Of a DNA stretch of 64,000 nt, positions 1 to 15,261 are shown one piece after another; the stretch's first letter is position 1; each line of letters starts with the position of its first letter. A program made the position numbers and the translations under genes. The notes under the pieces were generated by a model. The model saw only the letters and a list, made by a program, of their open reading frames with translations, ran no database searches and was not told where the DNA came from. Location of the stretch: assembly GCF_009914755.1 (NCBI RefSeq), contig NC_060939.1; one strand, written 5' to 3'. Source of the DNA: the human T2T-CHM13v2.0 reference genome, Homo sapiens.

Positions 1-672
1 TTTTTAATTCTGTTCTCTTGGGGCGCTGTGCAGGAGCAAAACAGTGGCCTCCTGTAATTTCTATTTAACATGCTTTACTCTTATCAAAAGGACAAGATTG
101 TCCAGGGTTGGTTCAACCATAGTGTGAACTAATTATGGAAAAAGAACTTTGATTTTACTTCTTTTGTAATAAGAGTGAATGTATTTACTGAGTCGGCATT
201 CCCTTTCATGATTATCATTATATGAAGGAGGAAATTGGGGCACACAGGGGTTACATAACTACCCTGAGGTCACGCAGCTGGTGGGGGAAGCCTGGGTTGC
301 ATGTTGACAGGCAGTTCCAGAATCTGAGTTCACTGTGCCACTCAGGTTGGCTGGAGGAGGGAAAAGGCATCTTCCTTCCATTTCTGCTTGTGTTGAGGCT
401 GTTGCTACAACCCAAGCAAGACGTGTTGAGGGAATCAACTCAGTTATGCAGGTGGAAGTAGAGGAAAAGGGACCAATGACGACATAGCTAGGAAATATAT
501 ATTTAGGCTAATGTAAAAAAATGTATTTAGGAAAAGCAAGATAACATTTAGTATGTGAGAGGTACCTGAGATGATTCCATGTCCCCGCAGAGAGTACTTC
601 CTGAAGTATTTCCATGAGTTACTTCAGGAGTGGGCTGGTAGGGCAGCGGGAGCAGCTGAAGGGGATAGAAGG

Positions 673-2286
673 TGAGAGGTGACAGCGTGCTGGCAGTCCT
701 CACAGCCCTCTTCGCTCTCCGCGCCTCCTCTGCCTGGGCTCCCGCTTTGGCGGCACTTGAGAAGCCCTTCAGCCCACCACTGCACCGTGGGAGCCCCTTT
801 CTGGGTTGGCCAAGGCCGGAGCCGGCTCCCTCAGCTTGCAGGGAGGTGTGGAGAGAGAGGCGCGAGCGGAAACCGGGGCTTCGCGCCGCGCTTGCGGGCC
901 AGCTGGAGTTCCGGGTAGGCGTGGGCTTGGCGGGCCCCGCACTCAGAGCAGCCGGCCGGCCCTGCGGTTCCCGGGCAATGAGGGGCTTAGCACCCGGGCC
1001 AGCGGCTGCGGAGGGTGTGCTGGGTCCCCCAGCAGTGCCGGCCCGCCGGCGCTGCGCTCGATTTCTCGCCGGGCCTTAGCTGCCTTCCCGCGGGGCAGGG
1101 CTCGGGACCTGCAGCCCGCCATGCCTGACCCTTCCCCCGACTCCGTGGGCTCCTGTGCAGCCTGAGCCTCCCCGACGAGTGCCGCCCCCTGCTGCACGGC
1201 GCCCAATCCCATCGACCACCCAAGGGCTGAGGAGTGTGGGCGCACGGTGCGGGACTGGCAAGCAGCTCCACCTGCAGCCCCAGTGCGAGATCCACTGGGT
1301 GAAGCCAGCTGGGCTCCTGAGTCTAGTGGGAACTTGGAGGACCTTTATGTCTAGCTCAGAGCTTGTAAATATACCAATCGGCACTCGGTATTTAGCTCAA
1401 GGTTTGTAAACACACCAATCAGCACCCTGTGTCGAGCTCAGGGTTTATGAATGCACCAATCCACACTCTGTATCTAGCTAATCTGGGGGGGAGGTGGAAA
1501 ACCTTTGTGTCTAGCTCAGGGATTGTAAATGCACCAATCAGCACCCTGTCAAAACAGACCACTGGGCTCTAGCAATCAGCAGGATGTGAGTGGGGCCAGA
1601 TAAGAGAATAAAAGCTGGCTGCCTGAGCCAGCAGTGGCAACTCGCTGGGGTCCCCTTCCACACTGTGGAAGCTTTGTTCTTTCGCTCTTTGCAATACATT
1701 TTGCTACTGCTCACTCTTTGGGTACACACTGCCTTTATGAGCTGTAACACTCACCGTGAAGGTCTGCAGCTTCACTGCTGAAGCCAGCGAGACCACGAGC
1801 CCACCGGGAGGAACGAACAACTCCAGACGCGCCGCCTTAAGAGCTGTAACACTCACCGCGAAGGTCTGCAGCTTCACTCCTGAGCCAGCGAGACCACGAA
1901 CCCACCAGAAGGAAGAAACTCCGAACACATCTGAACATCAGAAGGAACAAACTCCGGACACGTCGCCTTTAAGAACTGTAACACTCACGGCGAAGGTCTA
2001 CAGCTTCACTCCTGAAGCCAGGGAGACCACGAACCCACCGGGAGGAACAAACAACTGCAGAAACGCTGGCTTAAGAGCTGTAACACTCACCGCGAAGGTC
2101 CGCAGCTTCACTGCTGAGCCAGCGAGACCACGAACCCACCAGAAGGAAGAAACTCCGAACACATCCGAACATCAGAATGAACAAACTCCGGACACGCCCC
2201 CTTTAGGAACTGTAACACTCAATGCGAGGGTCCGCAGCTTCATTGTTGAAGTCAGTGAGACCAAGAACCCACCAATTCCGGACACA
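673..2286 (+). mobile_element. Solo LTR12C-type (ERV9) LTR in SORD intron 1
   Basis: Starts TGAGAGGTGACAGCGTGCTGGCAG and ends CCAATTCCGGACACA. Has CpG-rich U3, repeated CCAAT boxes, an AATAAA-type TATA near 1608 and U5 tandem repeats. Flanks AAGG/AAGA. Confidence 0.92.
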
Positions 2287-2429
2287 AAGAGAGGAGTATA
2301 TATGTGATTAAGATATGTATTTCTGACTTGAAGTGAAATATTCTGGAAAACTCACACAACTATGGTAAAGAAGAATTACTCAATTCCTTTTAGTCCTCTT
2401 GTAGTCACTCATTAAAAGATAAGAAATTC

Positions 2430-2755
2430 GGCCAGGCACAGTGGCTCACGCCTGTAATCCCAGCACTTTGGGAGGCAGAGGCAGGCAGATCAATTGAGGC
2501 CAGGAGTTCGAGATCAGCCTGGCCAACATGGTGAAACTCCGTCTCTACCAAAAATAAAAAAAAATTAGCCACGCAGCGTGGCATGCACCTGTAATCCCAG
2601 CTACTTGGGAGGCTGAGGTGGGAGGATGGGAGGATCACTTGAGTTCAGGAGGTTGAGGCTGCAGTGAGCCGAGATCGTGCCACTGCACTGTAGCCTGAGT
2701 GCAGTGACATCTGACATCAGGGACTGCTGATGAGTTACAAAAAATAAATAAATGA
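2430..2755 (+). mobile_element. Alu (old S/J type)
   Basis: Alu dimer; TSD AAGAAATTC at 2421 and 2756. Confidence 0.9.
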
Positions 2756-3632
2756 AAGAAATTCGTTTAGGAAACCTTTAATATGATTGAGATGACAAAA
2801 CCTTTGGGAATGAGAAAAAAAAGAGCTGTGGAGATAAAAGTGAAAGTTCAGGATCTCAGAGAAACTAAGAAACTTTGGTAGATGAGAAATAGGATAAATG
2901 GAAGAGTATCTGAGACAGAAAAAGATTAAGCAAACAGAGGATTGTGGCCAACATCATGGCAAGGAAACATGAAAAGCAAGGTTTTGAGCAACCATGCTGT
3001 AATAACTTTCTAAAACATTGTAGTCTCCACAGTGTGCTTAGGGCAATATTTACAAACCTACAGGCTGATGTTAAAATGGTTTTGTGCTCAGGTAGCATGT
3101 CTCCTACAGAGACAGGAGGCAGGAGACAAGCCTGAGTTGCAAGGGTAATTAGAATCAGCCAGAAAAAGAATGGAAAAAGAAAGTTGGTGTGCAGGGAGAG
3201 GAATTTATTTGAACTTCTCCATCAAGCGTGTTCTGCTACAGGCACAGCACAGGCTGTGGGCACAGCACCCTCTCGTGTCTGGGAGAGTCACTGCAGCTTT
3301 GCTGTGTGGTACGAGCACAGCTGTTCAGCTCTGTTAACTTGAATAAATATTTACAGTAGTGTTCTCTCTAGTGACCCAGGGCCTATTTGGTGTGCCTGAC
3401 TGTTGTTCTAAGCTTTAGTCTTACCACCTCTCCACCTCGAAATGGGGCGTTCAGGTCTGGCCAGGCTGGAGGCAAGGCTATGAATTGTATGCTGTGGAAC
3501 TGTCTTTCAGTGTCTGTGAATTTGCCTACTAGTGCCTTTAGCAGGGAGGGTGGGGTGCTCTCCCATGTTTGAAATAAAGACCTTAGTCTTTAGTTTCAAT
3601 TTAACCTGCAGTTTAACATTTCACGCAGTATA

Positions 3633-3997
3633 ATGCAGCCATAAAAAAGAATGAGATCATGTCTTTTTCAGGGACATGGATGAAGCTGGAAGCCATCCTT
3701 CTCAGCAAACTAACACAGGAACAGAAAACCAAATACCACATGTTCTCACTCATAAGTGGGAGTTGAACAATGAGAATACATGGACACAGGGAGGGGACCA
3801 TCACACACCAGGGCCTGTCAGGGGGTGGGGGACAAGGGGAGGGAGGGCATTAGGACAAATACCTAATGCATGTGGGGCTTCAAACCTAGGTGACAGGTTG
3901 ATAGGTGCAGCAAACCAGCATGGCACATGTATACTTATGTAACAAACCTCAGGTTCTGCACATGTATCCCAGAACTTAAAGTAAAAAAAAAAAAAAA
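3633..3997 (+). mobile_element. L1 3' end fragment (L1PA10-like)
   Basis: ORF2 end, 3' UTR and A-tail; degenerate TSD cacgcagtataa/cacgtggtataa. Confidence 0.85.
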
Positions 3998-4146
3998 TCC
4001 ACGTGGTATAACAGAAGGATCACTTTACACAGCGGTCCCTGATGTCTGATGTGGGACCAGCAACAACTTTGAGGAAGGTTTTGGTGACAATCAGCTATCT
4101 TGAGGTGGCTATTTCTAGACTGATTACTTCCTTCCCTCGCATCCTC

Positions 4147-4215
4147 CCTTCCTTCCTTCCTTCCTTCCTTCCTTCCTTCCTTCCTTCCTTCCTTCCTTCC
4201 TTCCTTCCTTCCTTC
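4147..4215. repeat. (CCTT)n tetranucleotide microsatellite, about 17 units
   Basis: Read directly. Confidence 0.95.
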
Positions 4216-5155
4216 TGATGTAGCCAGTCTAAATTATTAAAAGATAAAAAGACTCCCTTAAGCCCTTTTGCCCCCATCGGGCTGCTTTGGATGCAGCTCC
4301 ACCATTTACTGCCTTAGTGTTACCATGGGTGGGTTCCTCAGTCTCATCACATGAAAAAGAGACAATAGTAGGATGTACCATGTAGGGTTTTTCCGAGTAT
4401 TAAATGAGGTAATGCCTATAAAGCACACAGTACCTGCCACAAAGAAGCCATTGAGCAATGTCAGCTAGGCAGCAATAACATTAAAGCTTTGAGCTTTGTT
4501 TCACAGGAGAAGAGGTTCAAATTAGCACTGAACCTCTTCAACAGAAAGGGCTCGTAACTTGACATAAGTGAAAACCTCTGACCTTCCTTGGAAACACTAG
4601 TTTGGATAGTGGTTATTTAACAAGTACAAACACTTGAGTTTAGGGACAAGCAGTGTACCTGATGCTAAAGCGATGGAAGGCATGGTCTTTGGCTTCAAGG
4701 TATTTATTATCTTGTTAGGAAAAGTAAAAAGCCACTGATCACTAAGCACAGTGATAGTACCGAGCAGCATTTGTCTAGTGCCCTTTGGTGTTGTTTAGTG
4801 CGGTGGGGCTGCCTATGAAAGTAGCTAGTTAGGCCCTTTTGGAAGGAGGTAAGCTTTGACAGTGCCTCCTCCCAGAGTTTTCTTCATGGGGCCCAGCTCT
4901 GACATTCTCATCACTTGTTTGGCATCTCTTTGCACCACCCCTGAAGGAGAAAAGACAAATTCCACCTTGGGGCTACAGTAGGGCACAGTGGAAGCAGGCT
5001 TCATCCACTCTCTGGTAGCATGACCTTGACCAAGTTATTTAACTTCGCAGCTTCGAATTTCTCATTTCCAAACTAAGTGCTATGGTGAGGATAGAGTCCA
5101 CCCCACTGTCTGGCACATGGCAGGTTCTGTGAACATTTCCATCTCTCTCTCTTCC

Positions 5156-5460
<305 letters not shown>

Positions 5461-6427
5461 TGATTACCTTCAAAGAATAAAATGAACACTTGGATTTGGC
5501 CACTCAGTGGGCTTCCTTGTCACTAGGACTTTCCTAGCCCGTTGACAATGAGGAAAGAAGGCTTAGTAAACCAACACTACTACAACTACTGCTGCTACTG
5601 CTACTACTACTAGCTGTGAACACCAGAATAGCTCAGATTGCTTTTGAACCTGTGAGAGGGGCCAAAATGCAGGTCTTATGTGTTCCCAAGGGGCCCCTCA
5701 AATGCCACATGGGAAGTTTAGGAAAAGAGGACCAGGTATCAGTCTTTGTGCTGATGTAAAGGAAAGAGGTTGGCAGCACAGACACTTTCTCCTACCTGTC
5801 TAGCGGGAAACATCCTCACGTGCAACTGTCAGAAACGCCTGCATCCTTTCCCTGGAGGAGTTTGTCAGACCAAACAAATCTGTATCTAAGAACATGTTTT
5901 TCCAGGAAGGCAGGATCTGATATAGATGGCAGATCTAGAAACCCAAAGATCCCTTCTGCCTAGAGTTACATGGACTGTGCTTTTTCCTTAGTCCTGGCGA
6001 AGTTGCACCAGTGGGTGGGATGAGGTCAGCAATTAGAGTCAGCTCTTCCTCAGTTAGGATTGGCCTTTGGCTTGTAGGCTGTTTCCTAGGGAGGGAACCC
6101 AGCGTCAGAACTTCATCTCACCCTGTGACATGTCACTACTGACAACAAGTGTGGTCCTCTGTATGCTCTATGAGTATGCTGGGCATGCTGCTGTTGGGTC
6201 CGTCACTGTGTTATGCAGAAAAGTGACGAAGGGCTAGGCAGGTGTGTGCAGCGTGCCATTTAGCGTATCCCCTCAGGCATGCACCCAGGAGCAGTGTGGT
6301 CTGAGCTTGTGTTAATTCTAAGAAGAAATAAACTATTGATGAAACTCTAATTGTTTTTAATGGAAAATGTTCATAAGGTGAAGTTCTTATGCATGCTAAA
6401 TGATTTTTTCAATTTTGTTTCTTTTAG

Positions 6428-6461
6428 GAGAACTATCCTATCCCTGAACCAGGCCCAAATG
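6428..6461 (+). CDS. SORD: SORD exon 2 (ENYPIPEPGPN-E)
   Basis: ttttag|GAGAAC...AAATG|gtaagt; 34 nt. Confidence 0.96.
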
Positions 6462-8222
6462 GTAAGTTCTTGGGAAACATGACTTATATTTTATTATTTC
6501 CTGTTGTTTCCTTTGGAGTCACATGTATATTGTTCCCTTACCTCTCTTTTCCAACTGTTTATTACTTTTGCATCCATTAAAAACCTATGCTTTTGTTAGG
6601 CTGAGAACAGAGTCTACTGCCCACAGCATGACCTGGTGGGAAGTTTATCTTGGCTGCTACATGAAATAAAAGAACAGTGATAGAATCAGAAAAATTACCG
6701 TACCAGACTGCTGACTTGTCCCAAAGAGTTTTTGATGTGAAGTATATGGACCAATGACAGAATTCTTCCTCTTTTGACCTAATGACAGTGTACCCTATCT
6801 ACCAGAAGCTGCTGTTGGAGTGGCCAAGTGTCCTAACCCTAACCCAAACTTTGAAAAGGAGTGAGTCTACAGAACTTAATCTTTAGCAAAGGGAGCATCA
6901 TGCCAGCTTTCCCCACTCCCCAGGAAGGCCAGTCACCAAAGTGTGGGGCAGCCCAGGACCTACTGTCCAGTGGGGGTGGGAGGTGCTGCATGGGTCCCTG
7001 TCCCCTGCCCTAATCAACCAAGCACAGAAAGTGAGTGAGCACACTGGGGCAGGGTTTCCAACACCTTTACTCCACTCCTTCTAGGCCTCTCACTTGCTAA
7101 GCCTGTGGGGCTTAGCTGACATGCTGACGCCCAAGGTGGCATCTGCAACTTCCCAGCTTTGGGTTTCTCATGTACAAACTGAGTGCTATGGTGAGGATAA
7201 AGCCCAGCCCACCGTCTGCACATGGCAGGTGCTGTGAACATTTCCATCTCTTTTTGTCTGTTGGCTCGGGCAGATCCCTGCTGACAGCTTTCTAATCCCT
7301 CCCATCCCTGGAATTCCACTTTGTCATAATCATGCAGGACCCTGAAGTGAGGCTGGGGGCAATGGTCAGAGTGTCTGTAGATACTCACCCTCCCCCTCTC
7401 ACACCTAGACAGTCAGGTCCCCTTTCTGCCCTTGAGGAGTTGGGGGTGTCCTTTCCCACTTTGTCCTACCTCACACCAGAACCGCAGCTTCTGGGTGAAC
7501 ATCAGATCAAAGGCGGCTTTCCTGGTAGATCCACAGCTTTGCTACTGAAAGGTCAGTTGTGTTATCGACTTGTAAGTGGTAAGAATACAGACTAGATAGA
7601 ATATAGCCATTCTATGGGTGCTGAGTAAGTATTGTATAGTTAGGGTTCAAGGATTTTCACCAAGATACCATGTTCAGAGAAGTGAAAGAGTTACCTCACT
7701 GTGTCCTGAAAAGTTGACCGTTGATTCCAGAAGTGGCCAAACGAGGGCTGTCTTGGACACAGAGTACAAGCTTGGCTCCTGGTAACAGCTTTTCTCCCTG
7801 AAGCAGCATTCTGCTTGCACTCTCGTCTCTTGCTACACTTGCATTGGAAGGGAAAAGAGTGCATTTCAGCGAGTGTTCTAGCAAGTCAAATCTAATCTCT
7901 CACTACCAATTGCTACTTCAAGAGAGGAAATTCTGAGATGATTTTCCTAACTCAAATGCCTTTTCCCTGCATTTGACCTGAGAATTCACCCTGCCATTTC
8001 TTACTCTTCACTAAAACTAAGGAGGAAGAAAGTTCTGAAGAGCCACCCCTGGCAGTCTGTGGCAAGTGCAGTGCATAGCAGAGATTTGGGTCTCTTTGTC
8101 TTTCTAAGGCAGAGTGTTTTTTTCAGGGAGGTATTCATAACCATCATCTGAGTCAGAGATGATGGTACTTATTGGTACTTATTTCACCAAAGGGGCTCAG
8201 TACCATCTTTATTTTAAACTTA

Positions 8223-8550
<328 letters not shown>

Positions 8551-8762
8551 GGAAAGAAAACAATAGGCATGAAGAACTCAACTTGATAGTTCACAAAATG
8601 TTGCCAAGCTGAGATTCTACCAGACCTTTTCTCATAAATAGATACGAATCCACGAATCACGCGTAGCATATTAATTGTCTGGAAAGTTATCTTTTGGAAA
8701 ATAGTTTGTTCTCTTAAGTGGTTGGTACATTTCATCCTACTAATGATATATTGTTTACCCAG

Positions 8763-9084
8763 TGTATTGGTTAGTGTTGTCCAGAGAAACAAAACCACTA
8801 AGATATATGTGTATGTATGTATGTGTGTATGTGTACAAAGGGCAGGCTGGAAATTCAGGTAAGAGTTGATGTTGCAGTCTTGAGGAGAATTCCTTCTCCT
8901 TCAGAAAACCTCAGTCTTTGCCTTTAAGACCTTCAAACTGATTGGATGAGGCTCACCCACATTATGGAGGGTAATCTACTTTACTCAAAGTCTATTGGTT
9001 TAAAAGTTAACCATGCCCAACACGTATCTTCAAACAACCAGGCACTATAGCCTAGCCAAGTGGACACATAAAATTAGCCACCAC
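8763..9084. mobile_element. MLT2-type ERVL LTR remnant
   Basis: tgtattggttagtgttgtccagagaaac start and cctagccaagtggacacataaaattagccaccaca end. Confidence 0.7.
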
Positions 9085-9230
9085 ATGTGGAAGCTTGTTT
9101 GCCTTGCGAGACTTAATCAGGGTTGCTATGGAGCTTGATTTCCTCTGTGGCCTAAATTGTGTACCTGGCCTGGTAACCCAGCCCTCTACCCTGGGCAAAG
9201 GGAAATCACTAGGTCACCTCAGAGTGATAG

Positions 9231-9518
<288 letters not shown>

Positions 9519-10701
9519 TAAGCTCTGGGTACAGCAGGGAACAAGACAATCTTGTTCCATACTCACATGGATCTTACCTTACACAAGAAAAGAGGGACCT
9601 GCAGCAGACAGATAGTTACTTAGTCACCATGTGTTAAGGGCAGTAGAGGAGAATGCAGGGTGTGATTAGTGTATTTTACCCAGACCCTTGGTTCATTTGA
9701 GGAAGGGACAATTAATCCAACATCTGGAGCCAGGTAAGAAATAAGCCAGGTAAAGGGCTGGAGAAAACATTTGAGGCACAGGAAACCAAACTACCTTTAC
9801 ATGCTGTGAACCACGGCCTTGGATATAATGTTTGCTTTTTATTAGATGGCTGGGAAACCACCATTATTTTTCCTAGATTTACTAAATTCATTTTTCCAGA
9901 GGGAGGAATTCTCAGCTGTGGCAGGCTGTGTTGTTCCCTGATACCGTGAATTAAATCCAAGTTGTCTTGGCATAGTTAGCTGTTGGCTTTAACCTTCCTT
10001 TACCGGTGAGGCTGCTGTGCAGCCCGGAAATAAGGTCACGTTATTTGGGGGAAGGTGGAGGTTGACAGGAGGCCCCATCCTGTGTTAGTTATAAAGGTCT
10101 CTGAGCCCAACCACATGGAGAGGGATTGACCAGCTGTGAAGCAGTCAGGCATGTGTCTTGTTTAGGGATGTTAAGTCATTCATCATTAGTGGAAGTCAAG
10201 AAGGCTCCTGTGGTGTTATGAGGTTATTTCCTAGTGGAATGTTTATAGCTTCCAACAGCCACTGATGATTGGTTCTCACCTGTGGGACAAAGTCTCTGAC
10301 TATAAATTATAACAAAGAGTGGGGTTCTGTAAATGTAAATTATAACAAGGGTTTAGTCAGTTGTCCACAATGAGCTCAGTCTTATGCCACGAGCCCTGAG
10401 GGATATAGAAAAATGAGCAGATATGATCCCTGGATGCTTAGTTCTATATGGAAACACTAGATGTCAGGCCCTTCATAAATACCAGCAGTTAGACAGCAAG
10501 CCCATAGGGTACAATTAGGTGTGGGAAAGAATAGGCTTTAGGAGTTCAAAGGGCATTTGTTGTGGGCAGAGGTGGTTAAAGAGTTCATGGAGGAGATAGG
10601 TCTTTGAGCTAGACATCTAACAGTAGTAACATTAATAAGAAGGTGGCTAATATTTATTGATTTGCTACATTAGTCTCCATGTTAAACACTTAGATGTACA
10701 A

Positions 10702-11017
10702 TTCTTTCTTTCTTTCTTTTTCTTTTTTTTTTTTTTTTGACGGAGTCTCGCTCTGTCACCCAGGCTGGAGTGCAGTGGTGCAATCTCGCCTTGCTGCAAC
10801 CTCCACCTCCTGGTTCAAGTGATTCCCGTGCCTCAGCCTCCCGAGTAGCTGGGATTACAGACATGCAGCACCATGCCTGGCTAATTTTTGTATTTTTGGT
10901 AGAGGCTGGGCTTCACCGTGTTGGCCAGGCTGGTCTTGAACTCCTGACCTCAAGTGATCTGCCCACCTTTGCCTCCCAAACTGCTGTGATTACGGGCCTG
11001 AGCCACTGCACCTGGGC
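10702..11017 (-). mobile_element. Alu (S type)
   Basis: Reverse Alu. Confidence 0.9.
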
Positions 11018-11275
11018 TATTTATTTCATTCTTGTAACAATTCTATGAGATAGGCATTATTATCTTCATTAATTGAAGAAGAAATTGAAGCCTGGTTATT
11101 GCCCAGGGTCACTCACTAGTTGGTCTCAGAACTGGGATACCCACCCTGGTCTTTTGGACTCTAGAGCAAGTGCTCAGAACCACTGGGCTACCCAGCATCT
11201 TCATACTTGAGAAAGGTTTTATATTTGAGTTATTGAAGAGGTCAGAGCTAATATTCTAGTTAAGAGGAAGCGAAT

Positions 11276-12040
<765 letters not shown>

Positions 12041-12243
12041 TTAAAAAGCACTGTAAAACTGTGAAATGTCATGTTATCATAATATAATCATAATTAGAAG
12101 GTAAAACTGAATAATATGAAAACTCCACCTGATTATGGAGGATCTTGAAGGCTAGGTGGAAGAATTCATCCTTAATGACATAGGCATAATTTGCAGAAAG
12201 TTCACTGGACAGGAGAGAAAGCAGAGGGAGTCAGAGGAGATAG

Positions 12244-12561
<318 letters not shown>

Positions 12562-12752
12562 AAATACAGACATATTTTGGTGGTCATAAAGATTTCTGTG
12601 GGTCCTTTTCTTTCCTTAGGATACAAAATTTGGATTTAAAGTCTTTCATATGTTAACTTGGACTTAAAATTCTAATCAACTAATCTAGAAAGAAGACCAC
12701 AACTCATCAAATATTTCCTAATGCGCATTTACAGAATTTAAACATATAAGTC

Positions 12753-13109
<357 letters not shown>

Positions 13110-13121
13110 CTATTTTTTTTT

Positions 13122-13232
13122 AAGACTAGTCAAGTGCAGTAGTGAGAAGTGGGGAAAGAGTAGAACAAGGAGTATTATCTGTAACTGAGTATGAACAACC
13201 AATTAAGATGATGCACTACCTTCAGACCAGCC
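13122..13232 (-). pseudogene. Y1 RNA (RNY1/HY1) retropseudogene
   Basis: The reverse complement reads GGCTGGTCTGAAGGTAGTG...CTACTGCACTTGACTAGTCTT, a full-length hY1, followed by an A-tail (T run 13113-13121 on +). Confidence 0.9.
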
Positions 13233-14445
13233 TTCACCACTTATTTTAATGAGCACTAACTATGTACCAGGACTCTACACTATTCTGTGAGTACTTTCAA
13301 CACAAAAAGACTTAGGAAAAATTGTTTATTATTTCCCTGCTGAATAAAGGCCAGACCTTCCATGGCCTCAGCAGGCCTCACCAGGTTCCTAACATCCTCT
13401 TCAGGCTCCAGAGGGCCCGAACACTAGTACAGAGGTGAGCAGACAGTCAAATCTCCACAGCTTATCACTGTGTGACCACCTGAGCTTCTGTTTCCTCATC
13501 GCTAAAGCAGAGATAACACCATCTTGTTGGTTTATGGTGAGGGAAGGGAGATTTTGTGATGTGCCTTTCCTGGTACCTGGCACACAATGGGCATTTGGTA
13601 AATGGCAGGACTTGATCCCACCATTATTGGTAAACTCTATTCTGTGTAGTAGGTTTAAGCACCTCTTCCCAGTGGAGTCTATCCATCAGACCTTTCCTGA
13701 ATAACCAGGTACTGAGGCAGGATAAGGCCTGTGGGTCCTTTCCTGGCTCCTGCCACATGGCTTCCTGCCTCACTGGCATTCAGCCGTGTTGGTCTCCAGC
13801 TTGTTCCTGGCTGCTAGAAGGGGAGATTTCTGCTGTTCTCTGTGGAGTTAGTGTCTGGGCTCAGGCAGGGGGTCTGCCAGGGTTTCTAGTTTGGTCTCTG
13901 ATTCGCTGGTATGGGTCACTCCCCAGATTCAGACGGAGTTTAAATCCAATTGTAACTTTGATGTGTAGCAATACCTGTGATATTAAAATCCCCTGTAAAT
14001 CTGCTTTCTATTTTCTGCAAACATGGAGGCCATTGCTGTATTGACAGTGTATTTGGAGTTCCCCTACACAGGGCTGGGTATCTGCATGAAGATGAACCAT
14101 CTAAACCATCCCAAAACCTCAGGATAACTATTTGTCCTCAATTATTCCTACCTGTCTCCCTTTCCTTTACAACAGAAAAGTGCTACTGTCTTTAACCAAC
14201 AGGTTTTACTTGTCACATTCCAGGGGAAATTTTTGCCAATAAGTAATGTCCTTCTAGATACTAATGACATTTGTGTCCCATGGTTTGTTTTCCCCCAATC
14301 CACAAATTCTATGTTTAGCAATAAAAATTTGTCTAGCACAACAGTAGACACTATGGAAAAATAAATATGGAGCAGAAGACTGACTAATCCTGAGGCATTC
14401 CCATCCTTGATGAGGAGGCAAAATAGTCATGAAAAACAACTAGAG

Positions 14446-14641
14446 ATGGACATGGTGGCTTACACCTGTAATCGCAGCACTTTGGGAGGCCAAGGCAGGA
14501 GGATTGCTTGAGCCTGGGGGTTTGAGACTAGCCTGGGGATTTGAGACTAACCTGGGCATCATGGAAAAACCCTGTCTCTGCAAAAACAAAAACAAAAATC
14601 ACCCAGGCATGGTGGCATGCACCTATAGTCCCAGCGACTTG
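14446..14641 (+). mobile_element. AluJ, 5' part (split by provirus)
   Basis: Ends ...tcccagcgaCTTG and resumes at 25237. Confidence 0.85.
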
Positions 14642-15261
14642 TAAAGCAGTCTAGGGTCAACATAGCAATCTCACTGTCTAAGGTGTTATCCAGAGTTCTT
14701 TGTCTCATGACCAGGAAAATTAAGGAGTGTGGACACCAAGAGTGAGGTTGGAACGAAAGTTTAATAAGTGAAAGAAGAAAGCTCTCAGCAGCAGCGGGGG
14801 TGGAGGGAGGGGGCAGCAAAAGAGGGTTGCTGTTTCACAGTTGAATACAAAGGTTTTTATAAGAAACTTCCCTTATCTATGTAGCTGCCTACGTAACTTC
14901 CCTTATCTGTGTAGCTGCGTGTGTAGCTTCCCTTATCTGTGCAGCTGTGAGCATGTCTTAGGCAAGCACAGGGTGCAGCTTCTCTTTTCTCAGCAACTGC
15001 GAGTATGTTTTAGGCAAGCCCCTGCCCACCCCCTTGCAAGTTCCCATGGAGCCCACCATGTACATGCCTGAAAAGGGGAGGAAACTTTTTCCTGGGAGCC
15101 CACTGATTACCCGAAGAACAGAGGCATTTCTATGTTTGGCCTTGCTTCCTTATCTGTGCCTGCAGCTTGATTTTTCCAGGCTGCTCTTTTGTTGGAAAGA
15201 ATTTCACCAAGGACCTGCCCTAACTGTGTGCCTAACTGGTTTTTTTCTTTCTCGTTCCTCA
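14642..15261 (-). mobile_element. MER61-family 3' LTR
   Basis: About 89% identical to 24596-25236 over the 150 bp compared by eye; contains the MER61 aatcaagctgcaggcacagataagg and gcttgcctaagacatgc motifs. Confidence 0.8.

Noticed and set aside
672-2307. GC-rich ORFs and apparent CpG island as a gene or the SORD promoter
   Set aside because: All lie inside the LTR12C. SORD exon 1 (MAAAAKPNN...) is not in the window.
2700-2740. Foreign sequence or small RNA captured at an Alu 3' end
   Set aside because: Most of it can be read as a degenerate Alu terminus. The remaining 19 nt or so is too short to assign.
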